From an uncultured Candidatus Saccharibacteria bacterium (GTDB taxonomy: Bacteria; Patescibacteriota; SICC01): a DNA stretch of 58,799 nt. The stretch lies in NCBI GenBank assembly GCA_964525455.1, contig CAZGHP010000003.1:1-58799 (forward strand). The letters run 5' to 3'. A model generated the notes under the pieces. That model was not told where the DNA came from. It did no database searches and worked only from the letters and a program-made list of their open reading frames with translations. Each line of letters opens with the position of its first letter. The first letter of the stretch is position 1. This document shows positions 18,444-26,525 of the stretch, one piece after another. The translations under genes were made by a program, and so were the position numbers.

Positions 18444-19182
18444 CGACCGACTCCGGGCTGATATCCGCGTTGGTGAAGACGTCCGTCACGTCGTCCAGGG
18501 ACTCGAGGTCGGTCACCAGGCCGATCACCGCTTCGGCGACCTTGGCCTCAGTGACCGGGATCTCGGCTTTCGCGACCTTGGCCAGCTCGGCACCATTCAC
18601 CGCGTAGCCGGCCGCTGCCAATGCGTCACGGACGCTGGCCAGCCGCTCCCGATCGGTCTCGATCTCGAACGCGGTGCCGCCGTCCGACACGTCGTTCGCC
18701 CCGGCATCCGCCGCTGCCAGGGTCAGTTCGTCTTCGTCGGTACCTGCTTTCGGAACAGCCAGGATCCCCTTGCTCTCGAAGAGGTAGCTTACGGAACCGG
18801 CTTCCCCGAGCGACCCGCCGCGCTTGGTCACCGCCGCGCGGACGTCGGACACGGTCCGGTTCTTGTTATCGGTAAGGCAGTCGATCAGGAGCGCCACGCC
18901 GCCGGGTCCATAGGCTTCGTAGCTCACCGGCTCGGGCGGATTCTCGCCGGCGAGTTCACCGGTCCCGCGCTTGATCGCCCGCTCGACGTTCGCGTTCGGC
19001 ATGTTCGCCGCCCGTGCCTTGTCGGTTGCCATCCGTAGCGTGAAGTTGGTTTCGGGGTCGCCACCGCCTTCGCGGGCGGCCAGGCTGATGACGTTCGCCA
19101 GCTTGGTGAAGACCACCCCGCGCTTGGCATCGGCTGCGCCTTTTTTCCGCTTAATGGTGCTCCATTTACTGTGTCCGGACAT
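18436..19182 (-). CDS. yebC: YebC/PmpR-family DNA-binding regulator
   Basis: MSGHSKWSTIKRKKGAADAKRG...FTKL....AAREGGGDPE.N..LR. Start chosen at this conserved N-terminus (19182), not at the ORF-track 19263. Overlaps ruvC by 8 nt. Confidence 0.9.
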   Translation of the reverse strand: MSGHSKWSTIKRKKGAADAKRGVVFTKLANVISLAAREGGGDPETNFTLRMATDKARAANMPNANVERAIKRGTGELAGENPPEPVSYEAYGPGGVALLIDCLTDNKNRTVSDVRAAVTKRGGSLGEAGSVSYLFESKGILAVPKAGTDEDELTLAAADAGANDVSDGGTAFEIETDRERLASVRDALAAAGYAVNGAELAKVAKAEIPVTEAKVAEAVIGLVTDLESLDDVTDVFTNADISPESVGG

Positions 19183-19212
19183 ACTAAGGCCATTGTACCG
19201 CAGCGGGGATGG

Positions 19213-19241
19213 TTGACGGGAGCATCGGATTATGTTATGGT
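19213..19241 (+). promoter_or_regulatory. Sigma70-type promoter (TTGACG-17-TATGGT with TGn extended -10)
   Basis: -35 at 19213-19218 and TGT-TATGGT at 19233-19241, in the divergent yebC/pilN-like intergenic region. Confidence 0.5.
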
Positions 19242-19277
19242 TATCTAATTTTTGGATAAGCACACCACCCGCATCAT

Positions 19278-19871
19278 ATGTATTCCCACTCGTTGAACTT
19301 GCTCCCCGCCCGCGAACTGTTGAAGCGTCGCACCGACGCCCTCAACTACTACACGCTAGTGGTCGGCGTCGTGACGGTGACCGGAACGCTGGTACTGGCG
19401 GGCGTGCTCCTGCTCTTCGACCAGGTGTATCGTGCGAACCTGACGAACCTCGCGGAGGAGAAAGCGCTGACGGAAAGCCAGGCGGCGGCATATCTCGATA
19501 TCGAGAAGGAAGCCGAGGGCCTGGAGCTCCAACTGACGAACCTCCAGAAAGCGAACCAGCAGACCACCCACTGGGCGTCACTGATCGCGGCGCTGCGTTC
19601 GTTGACCCCCCCGCCCGTTTCGATCAAGTCGCTGGAATTCCAATCCCGACCGGCCGCGGGCGCGGCTCCGGCGGGGGGACAGGAAAACCGCAGCAAGATC
19701 ACCGGTGCCGCCGACAGCCGGCGGAGCCTCGGCCAGTTCCAGTTGGCGCTTTCCGAGTCGCCGTTCCTGGAAGACGTGGAGATTGAGACGACTACGCTGA
19801 ATGGCAAGTTCGTGGAATACGCGATCTCAATGACCGTGGATTACCGGAAACTCGAAGGACCGGCGACATGA
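19278..19871 (+). CDS. PilN-like bitopic protein (second copy)
   Basis: N-terminal LNLLPARELLKRR (PilN INLLP-type motif), one TM helix, then coiled-coil-like and ferredoxin-like regions. The downstream gene overlaps by 4 nt. Confidence 0.6.
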   Translation: MYSHSLNLLPARELLKRRTDALNYYTLVVGVVTVTGTLVLAGVLLLFDQVYRANLTNLAEEKALTESQAAAYLDIEKEAEGLELQLTNLQKANQQTTHWASLIAALRSLTPPPVSIKSLEFQSRPAAGAAPAGGQENRSKITGAADSRRSLGQFQLALSESPFLEDVEIETTTLNGKFVEYAISMTVDYRKLEGPAT

Positions 19872-20467
19872 AAACCGATGCGCACATCTCGCTGGGTTCG
19901 CTCCGCCCGCGGCGGGAGCGACTCTACTACTACCTGATCGCCGGGAACGTGGTGGTCCTGGCGCTGATCGGCCTGTTCGTACTCCGGCCGGTCTTCGGCG
20001 TCCTCGGGACCCACGCCGACGAGATCGCGCGGACCAAGGGCGAGATCACCACGCTTCACGAGAAGACGGATCGGCTCCGGGAACTCAAGACCACCCTTCC
20101 GGCGACCGAAGCCGTCTATGGCGGCGTGATCCAAAACGCTCCGAAGACCAGGGATATCGCGGGGTACCAGACCGAGCTCGAGGAACTGGCCGCGCTGACC
20201 AAGACCACGCTGGTGACGATCGACACTACCGGTACGGGCCCAGACGGGTCCGCGGCAGCGGCGCAGGGGAAGCAGACGCTCGCCGGGTTTCCCACGTTTC
20301 CCGTGAAGCTCGACGTGGGCGGTTCGTACGCCTCGGTGCTCGACTTTCTACACCGCCTGGAGACGATGGATCGTTTCACGCGGGTGACGGGGGTGACCAT
20401 CAACCAGGCGGAAGACGGAGCGGTACAAGTGACCATTAATGCGCAATCGATCTACTTCGGGAACTGA
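19868..20467 (+). CDS. PilO-like bitopic protein (second copy)
   Basis: A short cytoplasmic N-terminus and one TM helix are followed by a coiled coil (HADEIARTKGEITTLHEKTDRLRELK). The C-terminal core (FPVKLDVGGSYASVLDFLHRLETMDRFTRVTGVTI) is typical of PilO. Confidence 0.55.
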   Translation: MKTDAHISLGSLRPRRERLYYYLIAGNVVVLALIGLFVLRPVFGVLGTHADEIARTKGEITTLHEKTDRLRELKTTLPATEAVYGGVIQNAPKTRDIAGYQTELEELAALTKTTLVTIDTTGTGPDGSAAAAQGKQTLAGFPTFPVKLDVGGSYASVLDFLHRLETMDRFTRVTGVTINQAEDGAVQVTINAQSIYFGN

Positions 20468-20468
20468 C

Positions 20469-21710
20469 ATGCAAAGCATCCTAGCCATCATCGAAATCCT
20501 GCTCGAACACCCGGTCCGGGCGATCCGGTGGGGCGTCCGCACCACCGACCGCGCGATCATACGGATCGTGAAGGCCGCCGATCACGGCGTGGCCGGGTTC
20601 GTGCACGGCGTCGAACGGCGCGTATCCACCGGCACGGAACGGACGCGACGGGTCTTCGGGGGTATCAGCGATGCGGCAGGTGGGCTACTCCATGCGGTTT
20701 GGCGCGGCGTTACCTGGCCGCTACGTGCGGCAGTCCGTTGGACCAACCTGGCCGTCGCGCATATCTCCCGTGCCATGCGGAACGCATCACGAGGATCCCT
20801 CCGGGCGATCCGGACGTTGGCCGCCGACGTGGCGTCACTCTCCGGTGCGTTCTTCGGCGCTCCGGGCCGGTCGGCCCGGGCGGTCGAGGGCGTCGTCTAC
20901 TATTGGCTGGACGGCATCTGGCGCCTGCTGGCCCGGGTAGTGCGCTCGGCGCTCCGTCCGATCCGGAAACGCCAGGCCGAGCGGGCCCGCCAGGAAGCCG
21001 GCCTTACCGCGGCCATGACACCGGACCACCATGCGCACCGTGAGCTGTTATTGCTCGGCGCCGTGGCGGCATTGCTCGCGGCCGGTGCTTTCCTGCTCCT
21101 CGGCGGGCGCGAGATAATCCCGGACGGCGTCTCACAGGGGTTCCGCGGAATCTCGCTGGAAGCCGCGCTCGACACGTTCTCCGCGATCTCCCCGCTCCGG
21201 CTGATCATCCTGGTGGCTTCCCTGGTATTGTCCGGTGTCGCCACGCTATTCTGGCTCCGGATGCTCCGCGACAGTTACCGGCGGGAGTATCCGACGGCCA
21301 TCGAACGGACACAGTGGCGGATGGTGACGACACTCTTTTTCATTCCCGGCGCCGTGTGGTACTTCTTCAAGCAGTACAATCGTCTCCCGCTCCGGCGCTT
21401 CGCGGCCCGGCACGTATTGTCACTGATGGTCACGGGGATGGCGGTGCTGGTCGCGACCTCGACCTATGGTTCGCTCTGGTACCTCAACCAACAGGCCGAG
21501 GCCGACGTGTCGGGAGCCGGCTACCAAGCACCCGACCTACAATTGGATCCGGATGACCGGCAGGAGATCCTTTCGCGTGACAAGTACGGCGCGCCGCTCC
21601 GCCGCGCGACGGACGGCCGCCCCGATCCGTTTGCCCCGTTGCCGGGGGAGGGACAGGAAACGCCGACGCCTGGGGCCTCACCGAGCCCAAGTCCATCGCC
21701 GCAGCCGTGA
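20469..21710 (+). CDS. Hypothetical membrane protein: Arg-rich amphipathic N-terminal half, four TM helices, Pro-rich tail
   Basis: Start at MQSILAII, immediately after the pilO-like stop. The N-terminal 200 aa contain repeated R/A/V amphipathic helices. The C-terminus contains ...RPDPFAPLPGE...SPSPSPSPQP. Confidence 0.5.
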   Translation: MQSILAIIEILLEHPVRAIRWGVRTTDRAIIRIVKAADHGVAGFVHGVERRVSTGTERTRRVFGGISDAAGGLLHAVWRGVTWPLRAAVRWTNLAVAHISRAMRNASRGSLRAIRTLAADVASLSGAFFGAPGRSARAVEGVVYYWLDGIWRLLARVVRSALRPIRKRQAERARQEAGLTAAMTPDHHAHRELLLLGAVAALLAAGAFLLLGGREIIPDGVSQGFRGISLEAALDTFSAISPLRLIILVASLVLSGVATLFWLRMLRDSYRREYPTAIERTQWRMVTTLFFIPGAVWYFFKQYNRLPLRRFAARHVLSLMVTGMAVLVATSTYGSLWYLNQQAEADVSGAGYQAPDLQLDPDDRQEILSRDKYGAPLRRATDGRPDPFAPLPGEGQETPTPGASPSPSPSPQP

Positions 21711-21711
21711 C

Positions 21712-22278
21712 TCAGTCGTTGAACGGGCCGTAGTAATCCACGGGGTCGATTCCTGGCACGGTCTGGCCGCTTCTGACCCTGACCTGCAGGATGGAACGGT
21801 CCCCGCATCGTGACGGGTCATATCCTGGGCGGGCTGCCAATTGCCGTTCACAGCGTGCGCCTGCGGTGTAATACCCTCGAAATTCGGGGTTGTTGGCTTT
21901 CGAGACGCTATAGACCCGGTACGATCCAGCAGGGACGGTGAGGCGATACCCGATTCCGTACCAGTGGTGGTCTCCTCGCTGGACTTTCGAACAGGTGACC
22001 TGCGGACCCTTTACCGCCTCGGCGCAGACTTCCAGGTCAGCTGGTGTATCACCGGCTGGGTAGGCTGCCGAACCGACGATCGTTCCCGGTGCGGCCAGCG
22101 TGGCGTGTTGCGCCGGTGACGCAGGAATGTAGGAAACGCGCGGTTCATGGGAAGCCGGGAGGTTTGGTACTGCAACGGTAGACCGCCCGTCGGTCTGTCC
22201 GAGCACGAAGACGGAAGCAGTGATACCGATCAGGACCGTGGAGGCCGCGATCGCGGTAATGGTTTTCAGACGGTTCAT
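21712..22278 (-). CDS. Hypothetical secreted protein (188 aa)
   Basis: Signal-like N-terminus (MNRLKTITAIAASTVLIGITASVFVLG), four Cys residues and beta-rich composition. No family recognised. Confidence 0.55.
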   Translation of the reverse strand: MNRLKTITAIAASTVLIGITASVFVLGQTDGRSTVAVPNLPASHEPRVSYIPASPAQHATLAAPGTIVGSAAYPAGDTPADLEVCAEAVKGPQVTCSKVQRGDHHWYGIGYRLTVPAGSYRVYSVSKANNPEFRGYYTAGARCERQLAARPGYDPSRCGDRSILQVRVRSGQTVPGIDPVDYYGPFND

Positions 22279-22326
22279 CCCAGCCTTTTACTGTTAGTTG
22301 CTAATGTAAAGCCAGCATATCGTCGT

Positions 22327-22356
22327 TTGACAAAGCAGTCAAGCATTGTATATGAT
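22327..22356 (+). promoter_or_regulatory. Sigma70-type promoter (TTGACA-16/18-TATATGAT)
   Basis: Consensus -35 at 22327-22332. Overlapping -10 candidates TATATG (22349-54) and TATGAT (22351-56), upstream of the M23 peptidase gene. Confidence 0.45.
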
Positions 22357-22416
22357 TGTTGCGCAAGGTTGCTTGCTCATTAACAGGCAGCGGATTTCTC
22401 ACCGAAAGGACGTACC

Positions 22417-24132
22417 ATGATTGGAGCGTTAATCCGCGGGCTGTTCTGGTTCGTGGTGATGATTGTGGCATTTGCCCTGATCGTCACCGAGAGTCAGGCA
22501 CAGCCCCCGACGTACCTGCCGTGGGATTACGGCACGGCCTACCGCATTACCCAGGGCAACGGGTACGGCGGACATGCATTTCCTTACGACTACTACGCGT
22601 GGGATTTTGCGATTCCGACCGGCACGCCGGTCAGGGCCTCGGCCGCCGGCACCGTCCGGGAGGCGGGGTTTGCTTTCGGACGCGGCTGGGGTAATACAGT
22701 GCTGGTGTGTTACGGCGATGCGACGTGTTCCCGATACGCCCACCTCTCCTCAATCGCGGTCCGGGTCGGCCAACGGGTCGGCCACGCCGCGGTGATCGGG
22801 CGGGTGGGTTCGACCGGGAACTCTTCGGGACCGCATCTCCATTACCAGCTCGAGCGGTTGAGTCATCGGGACGTAAGCATTGCTTCGCGTTTCGCTGAGG
22901 CCGGCGTGCCAGGATCCTGGCAGTGGGTGACCAGTCGCAACCGGCCGGCTCCGGCCGGGCTGGCATTCACCCAGGCCCGGACATACTCGTCTCCGACGGT
23001 ATCCGTCGCGGCGGGCGGTGCGGTCGGGGTGGTAGTGACCGCACGGTACGTCGGAAGCTGGCGAGTTCCGTGCGGGCGGATGAACCTCGGCGTCCGGGGA
23101 GATGCACCGGCCCGATTTGCCGATTACCGGAGCGGGTGGTGGCCACACTCCACCTGGCGTTCGACCAACCGCGTAGCGGCGGTCGGGTGTCTCGGACATC
23201 TGGACCCGGGTGAGTATGCCCGGTGGGATCTCCGGTTCCATGTGCCTGCCGACACGCCGGACGGGACGTACCTCACCGGCGTGTATGCGCCGGTGCACGA
23301 GGGCAAGGCCTGGTCGGCCCACAGGATCCCGATCCGTCTGCGGGTGTCCGGGGCATATCAGGCCCGTTACGAGAGCCAGTCGGTCACGCCGTTGGTCGTA
23401 CCCGGCCAGTCCGGGGCCGTCCGGGTCACGCTCCGTAATGTCGGGCGGGCGACCTGGCGGCGCGGCGAAGTGAACCTCGGCACGGCCGGAGACAAGCGGT
23501 TTCCGTTTGCCGACGGGAGCTGGCATGGTCAGGGTAACCGACTGCTCCTCCGCGAGCAGACGGTGCCGCCCGGGGCGGTAGGGAATTTCGAGGGGACCTT
23601 CCGGGTTCCTGCGGGATCTCCGCCCGTGCGGTATCGCCAGGACTTTGCACCCGTCGCGGAGGGCAAGCAGTGGTTCGGAAAAGATATCGGAATCTACCTG
23701 ATGTTTTACGCCGGTGATGCGGCACGGTTGCCGTATCTCGCCAGTGACTATGGAGCCACCTGGCTCAGTCAGACCGGTCATATAGAGTCACTGTCCCGCG
23801 GTGACCGGTCGACGGTCACTATGACGCTCCGTAATACGGGACATGCTGTCTGGTTTCCCGACGGAGCGTTTCCGGTACGGTTGCGTGCCAGCCAGCCGGA
23901 GGACCGCCAGAGCGCCTTCATCGATCCGGATGCCGCGTCAGTAGTCGGAGACCGTCAGGGTGTCCGGGTACCGGATCGGGTGGATCCCGGTGAAGCGGTA
24001 ACGTTCACCCTGCCGGTTCTTGTCGCCGGTTCGGTGCCACCGGGCAGCTACCAAGAGTATTTCCGCCTGGTGGCCGAGCGGAAGACCTGGTTCGGCCCGA
24101 TCGATACCTACTGGTCGCTGACCGTGCGGTAA
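22417..24132 (+). CDS. Membrane-anchored M23/LytM peptidase with three C-terminal Ig-like repeats
   Basis: N-terminal TM helix. M23 motifs (YAWDFA..TGTPVRA, GRVGSTGNSSGPHLHYQLE). These are followed by three repeats of about 125 aa, related to those in the S8-SpoIID protein. Confidence 0.9.
   Translation: MIGALIRGLFWFVVMIVAFALIVTESQAQPPTYLPWDYGTAYRITQGNGYGGHAFPYDYYAWDFAIPTGTPVRASAAGTVREAGFAFGRGWGNTVLVCYGDATCSRYAHLSSIAVRVGQRVGHAAVIGRVGSTGNSSGPHLHYQLERLSHRDVSIASRFAEAGVPGSWQWVTSRNRPAPAGLAFTQARTYSSPTVSVAAGGAVGVVVTARYVGSWRVPCGRMNLGVRGDAPARFADYRSGWWPHSTWRSTNRVAAVGCLGHLDPGEYARWDLRFHVPADTPDGTYLTGVYAPVHEGKAWSAHRIPIRLRVSGAYQARYESQSVTPLVVPGQSGAVRVTLRNVGRATWRRGEVNLGTAGDKRFPFADGSWHGQGNRLLLREQTVPPGAVGNFEGTFRVPAGSPPVRYRQDFAPVAEGKQWFGKDIGIYLMFYAGDAARLPYLASDYGATWLSQTGHIESLSRGDRSTVTMTLRNTGHAVWFPDGAFPVRLRASQPEDRQSAFIDPDAASVVGDRQGVRVPDRVDPGEAVTFTLPVLVAGSVPPGSYQEYFRLVAERKTWFGPIDTYWSLTVR
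22966..24129 (+). repeat. Three tandem protein-level repeats homologous to the repeats at 4651-5883
   Basis: Shared pattern, for example YGATWLSQTG...GDRSTVTMTLRNTGHAVW....FPVRLRASQPEDRQSAF........V.DRVDPGEAVTFTLPV.....PGSYQEYFRLVAERKTWFG....YWSLTV. The first unit is more diverged. Confidence 0.65.
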
Positions 24133-24160
24133 CCATATGGCAAGCGACCGTTAACACAAA

Positions 24161-24248
24161 AGCGAGGATCGCGCGGTTGGGGATGATATGTATTCCGGTA
24201 CTCTCCGGAATGCCCCTCGTCCCCAGCCGCGCTCCTCGCTCTTTTTTT
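24161..24248 (+). terminator. Long compound hairpin followed by a T7 tract (intrinsic terminator or structured 3' element)
   Basis: AGCGAGGA (24161-68) pairs with TCCTCGCT (24233-40). GCGCGG (24171-76) pairs with CCGCGC (24227-32). TGGGG (24178-82) pairs with CCCCA (24221-25). Inner hairpin TTCCGG-tactct-CCGGAA (24193-24210). Then C-TTTTTTT (24241-48). Confidence 0.55.
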
Positions 24249-24282
24249 ACTGTCTGCCGGCCGCCCACACATGACTCCCGGT

Positions 24283-24291
24283 TGGTACAAT
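24283..24291 (+). promoter_or_regulatory. Extended -10 promoter element (TGgTACAAT)
   Basis: TGG-TACAAT ends 7 nt before the GTG start of the ABC permease (24299). No good -35. The AGGA lies only 2 nt from the GTG, so a leaderless transcript is possible. Confidence 0.4.
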
Positions 24292-24298
24292 AAGGAAC

Positions 24299-25459
24299 GT
24301 GAAAGAAGCGCTGCGAAACATCTGGCGAAGGAAGGCCCGTTCGGCCCTGACCATCTTCGGCGTGGGCATCGGCATCTTCGCCTTCGTCACCATGGGTGCG
24401 CTCTCCCAGAGTCTCAGTAAATCCATCCAGGTTGGCATCGATTACTTCAGCGGCCGCATCCTGATCACCAAGGACACCGGCGGCTTCGGCGGCGTGTTCG
24501 CCAGCGGCCCGCAGATTCCGGCCGACCTTACCGAGCGGATCGAAGTGATCGACGGCGTGGAGCGGGCATACCCGACTCTCTCGCTGACCGCCGAGGAGGG
24601 AGAGTTCTCCGTGCTTTCCAGTCCGGAGATCATGCAAGGCGTGCCGCCCGCCGAGGCGGCCCAGGACGAGAACAAGCTTGCCCTGAGCGAGGGCCGCGAA
24701 CTCAAGGCGAGTGACCGCGGCAAGGCGGTGATCGGTTCCGGTATCGTCCAGAAGAAGGGCCTTGGCATCGGCGACACGGTTGAGATCCGCGGCAAGGAAT
24801 TCGAAGTCGTCGGTATCCTCGTGCGAACCACCTCCGATCCGGACCAGATGTATTTCGTGCCGCTCGACGACGCGCTCGAGTTGTCGCGGGGCATCACCCA
24901 GTTCACGTCCAGCACCGACGAGCTCGTGACCAACATCAACGTCTTCCCCGAAGAAGGCGTTGATTCCACTGCGTTGACGGAACGGATCGAATCCACGATC
25001 AGCGGCGTGGACGGCACGCCGCCCGAACAGCTTAAGAAGACGCTTGAGGAGGCTTCCGCCGTCTTCAACCTGATCGTCCTTGGCAGCGCGTTGCTTGCCG
25101 TCCTGGTCGGCGGCCTTTCCGTAATCAACACCATGGTGATGAGCGTCGCGGAACGCCACAAGGAGATCGGGATCAAGCGCGTGGTCGGCGCCCGGGCCCG
25201 GCACATCCTCCGCGAGACCGTTACCGAGACGGCGCTGATTGGCCTGTTCGGTGGTATCCTCGGCTTCGCCGGCGGAGGATTGCTTACCTCCATCATCAAC
25301 GCACGGACGCGGAAGGACGGACTCGAGCTCTTCCTGATCACGCCGGAACTGGTCGCGGCCGCGTTCGGTTTCGCGCTGTTGCTCGGGATCGTCGCCGGGC
25401 TGTATCCGGCCTGGCGCGCTACCCGGGTCAAGCCGGTAAAAGTCTTGAGGGAAGAATGA
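24299..25459 (+). CDS. ABC transporter permease, MacB/FtsX (type VII) fold
   Basis: N-terminal LRNIWRRKARSALTIFGVGIGI, a large extracytoplasmic domain of about 210 aa, then three C-terminal TM helices with the FtsX-domain signature (VMSVAERHKEIGIKRVVGARARHIL). Confidence 0.85.
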   Translation: MKEALRNIWRRKARSALTIFGVGIGIFAFVTMGALSQSLSKSIQVGIDYFSGRILITKDTGGFGGVFASGPQIPADLTERIEVIDGVERAYPTLSLTAEEGEFSVLSSPEIMQGVPPAEAAQDENKLALSEGRELKASDRGKAVIGSGIVQKKGLGIGDTVEIRGKEFEVVGILVRTTSDPDQMYFVPLDDALELSRGITQFTSSTDELVTNINVFPEEGVDSTALTERIESTISGVDGTPPEQLKKTLEEASAVFNLIVLGSALLAVLVGGLSVINTMVMSVAERHKEIGIKRVVGARARHILRETVTETALIGLFGGILGFAGGGLLTSIINARTRKDGLELFLITPELVAAAFGFALLLGIVAGLYPAWRATRVKPVKVLREE

Positions 25460-26304
25460 TCCGATTCCGTAAGAAGCGACCGCAGAAGGCCACTGGCGGG
25501 AAGTTCTTCACCAAGCAGGAGACGAAGGACCTGCCGCCGATCGTCGAACTCAGGGATGTGCACCGGAACTACGAGGAAGGCACCCGGCCGGTAAAGGCAC
25601 TGCGCGGCCTCAACCTCAGTATCGACCGCGGTGAGATGGTGGCGATCATGGGGCCGTCCGGTTCCGGCAAGACGACGCTGCTCAACATCATCGGGCTGCT
25701 CGATTCACCCGACTCCGGGATCGTGAAGTTCGCCGGGGTGGACCTCACCGAGCTCAAGCGGCGGAAAGTGCCGGTCTTCCGGCAGAACGAAGTCGGGATG
25801 ATCTTCCAGCAGAAGAACCTGATCCCGTCCCTGACCGCGTTCGAGAACGTCTACCTCCCGTTCCGCTACGCCCGCGGCAAGCGCGCACAGGGAAAGGAGC
25901 AGGCACGCGAGGCCCTCCGGTTGGTGGACATGGTCGACCGGGCGGATCATCTGCCGCACCAGCTGTCGGGCGGTGAAAAGCAGCGCGTGGCGGTGGCCCG
26001 GGCATTGGTGCTTTCGCCGGCCGTGGTACTGGCCGACGAGCCGACCGGCGAACTGGATTCCATGAACAGCCATCACGTGATGACGCTGATGGATGAACTC
26101 AACAAGCGCACCGGCCAGACGTTCATCATCGTCACGCACGACCAGGCGGTCGCGGACGTATGTCACCGGACGTTCCACATGGAAGACGGCAAGCTCAAGG
26201 AGACCGTCCGGAAACGCCCGCGACCGGCGTCAGGGCCAGCCCGGCCGGCCGCCAAGCAGCCGTCCGCGCGCCGCGCCAGACCGACGGGGAGGAAACGGAA
26301 ATAA
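25456..26304 (+). CDS. ABC transporter ATP-binding protein (MacB/LolD/FtsE-like) with a basic C-terminal tail
   Basis: Walker [14 protein letters not shown]-loop, signature [15 protein letters not shown], Walker [13 protein letters not shown] and H-loop VTHD. ATGA overlap with the permease. Tail [31 protein letters not shown]. Confidence 0.95.
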   Translation: MIRFRKKRPQKATGGKFFTKQETKDLPPIVELRDVHRNYEEGTRPVKALRGLNLSIDRGEMVAIMGPSGSGKTTLLNIIGLLDSPDSGIVKFAGVDLTELKRRKVPVFRQNEVGMIFQQKNLIPSLTAFENVYLPFRYARGKRAQGKEQAREALRLVDMVDRADHLPHQLSGGEKQRVAVARALVLSPAVVLADEPTGELDSMNSHHVMTLMDELNKRTGQTFIIVTHDQAVADVCHRTFHMEDGKLKETVRKRPRPASGPARPAAKQPSARRARPTGRKRK

Positions 26305-26525
26305 TGTTCGGTTACTCGTTCCCGCTGCTCTTCGGCCGGCTCTTCGGGGTCGGCCTGTTCGTGCTGGGACTGATCTTCCTCAAACGGTACCGCCGCGACG
26401 ACGATCCGGTGGCCGTACTCAAAGGCGCGCTGAAAAGCCCTTGGGTCTGGTTCTTCACGGTACTGGCCTGGGTGGCGTTCGCGTTCGAGATCATCTATCT
26501 CCAGAACCAACCCGCGGTCTCGTAA
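26304..26525 (+). CDS. Small two-helix membrane protein (73 aa)
   Basis: Its ATG overlaps the ABC ATPase stop (TAATG) and its own stop overlaps the murD ATG (TAATG). Hydrophobic helices LFGVGLFVLGLIFL and VWFFTVLAWVAFAFEIIYL. Confidence 0.5.
   Translation: MFGYSFPLLFGRLFGVGLFVLGLIFLKRYRRDDDPVAVLKGALKSPWVWFFTVLAWVAFAFEIIYLQNQPAVS

Noticed and set aside
24005-25563. Minus-strand ORFs 24005-25204 (399 aa) and 24442-25563 (373 aa) opposite the ABC permease.
   Set aside because: The + strand encodes a clear FtsX/MacB-type permease. The antisense products lack motifs and have biased composition.
26093-26524. 144-codon N-terminal extension of the murD ORF, and the overlapping ORFs at 26160-26525 and 26163-26510.
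   Set aside because: The extension overlaps the ABC ATPase 3' end and is Arg/Pro/Ser-rich. MurD homology starts at MAPPVTELRGRRVAVVGAG (26525). Of the 26160 ORF, only the last 73 codons (from 26304) are hydrophobic and protein-like.
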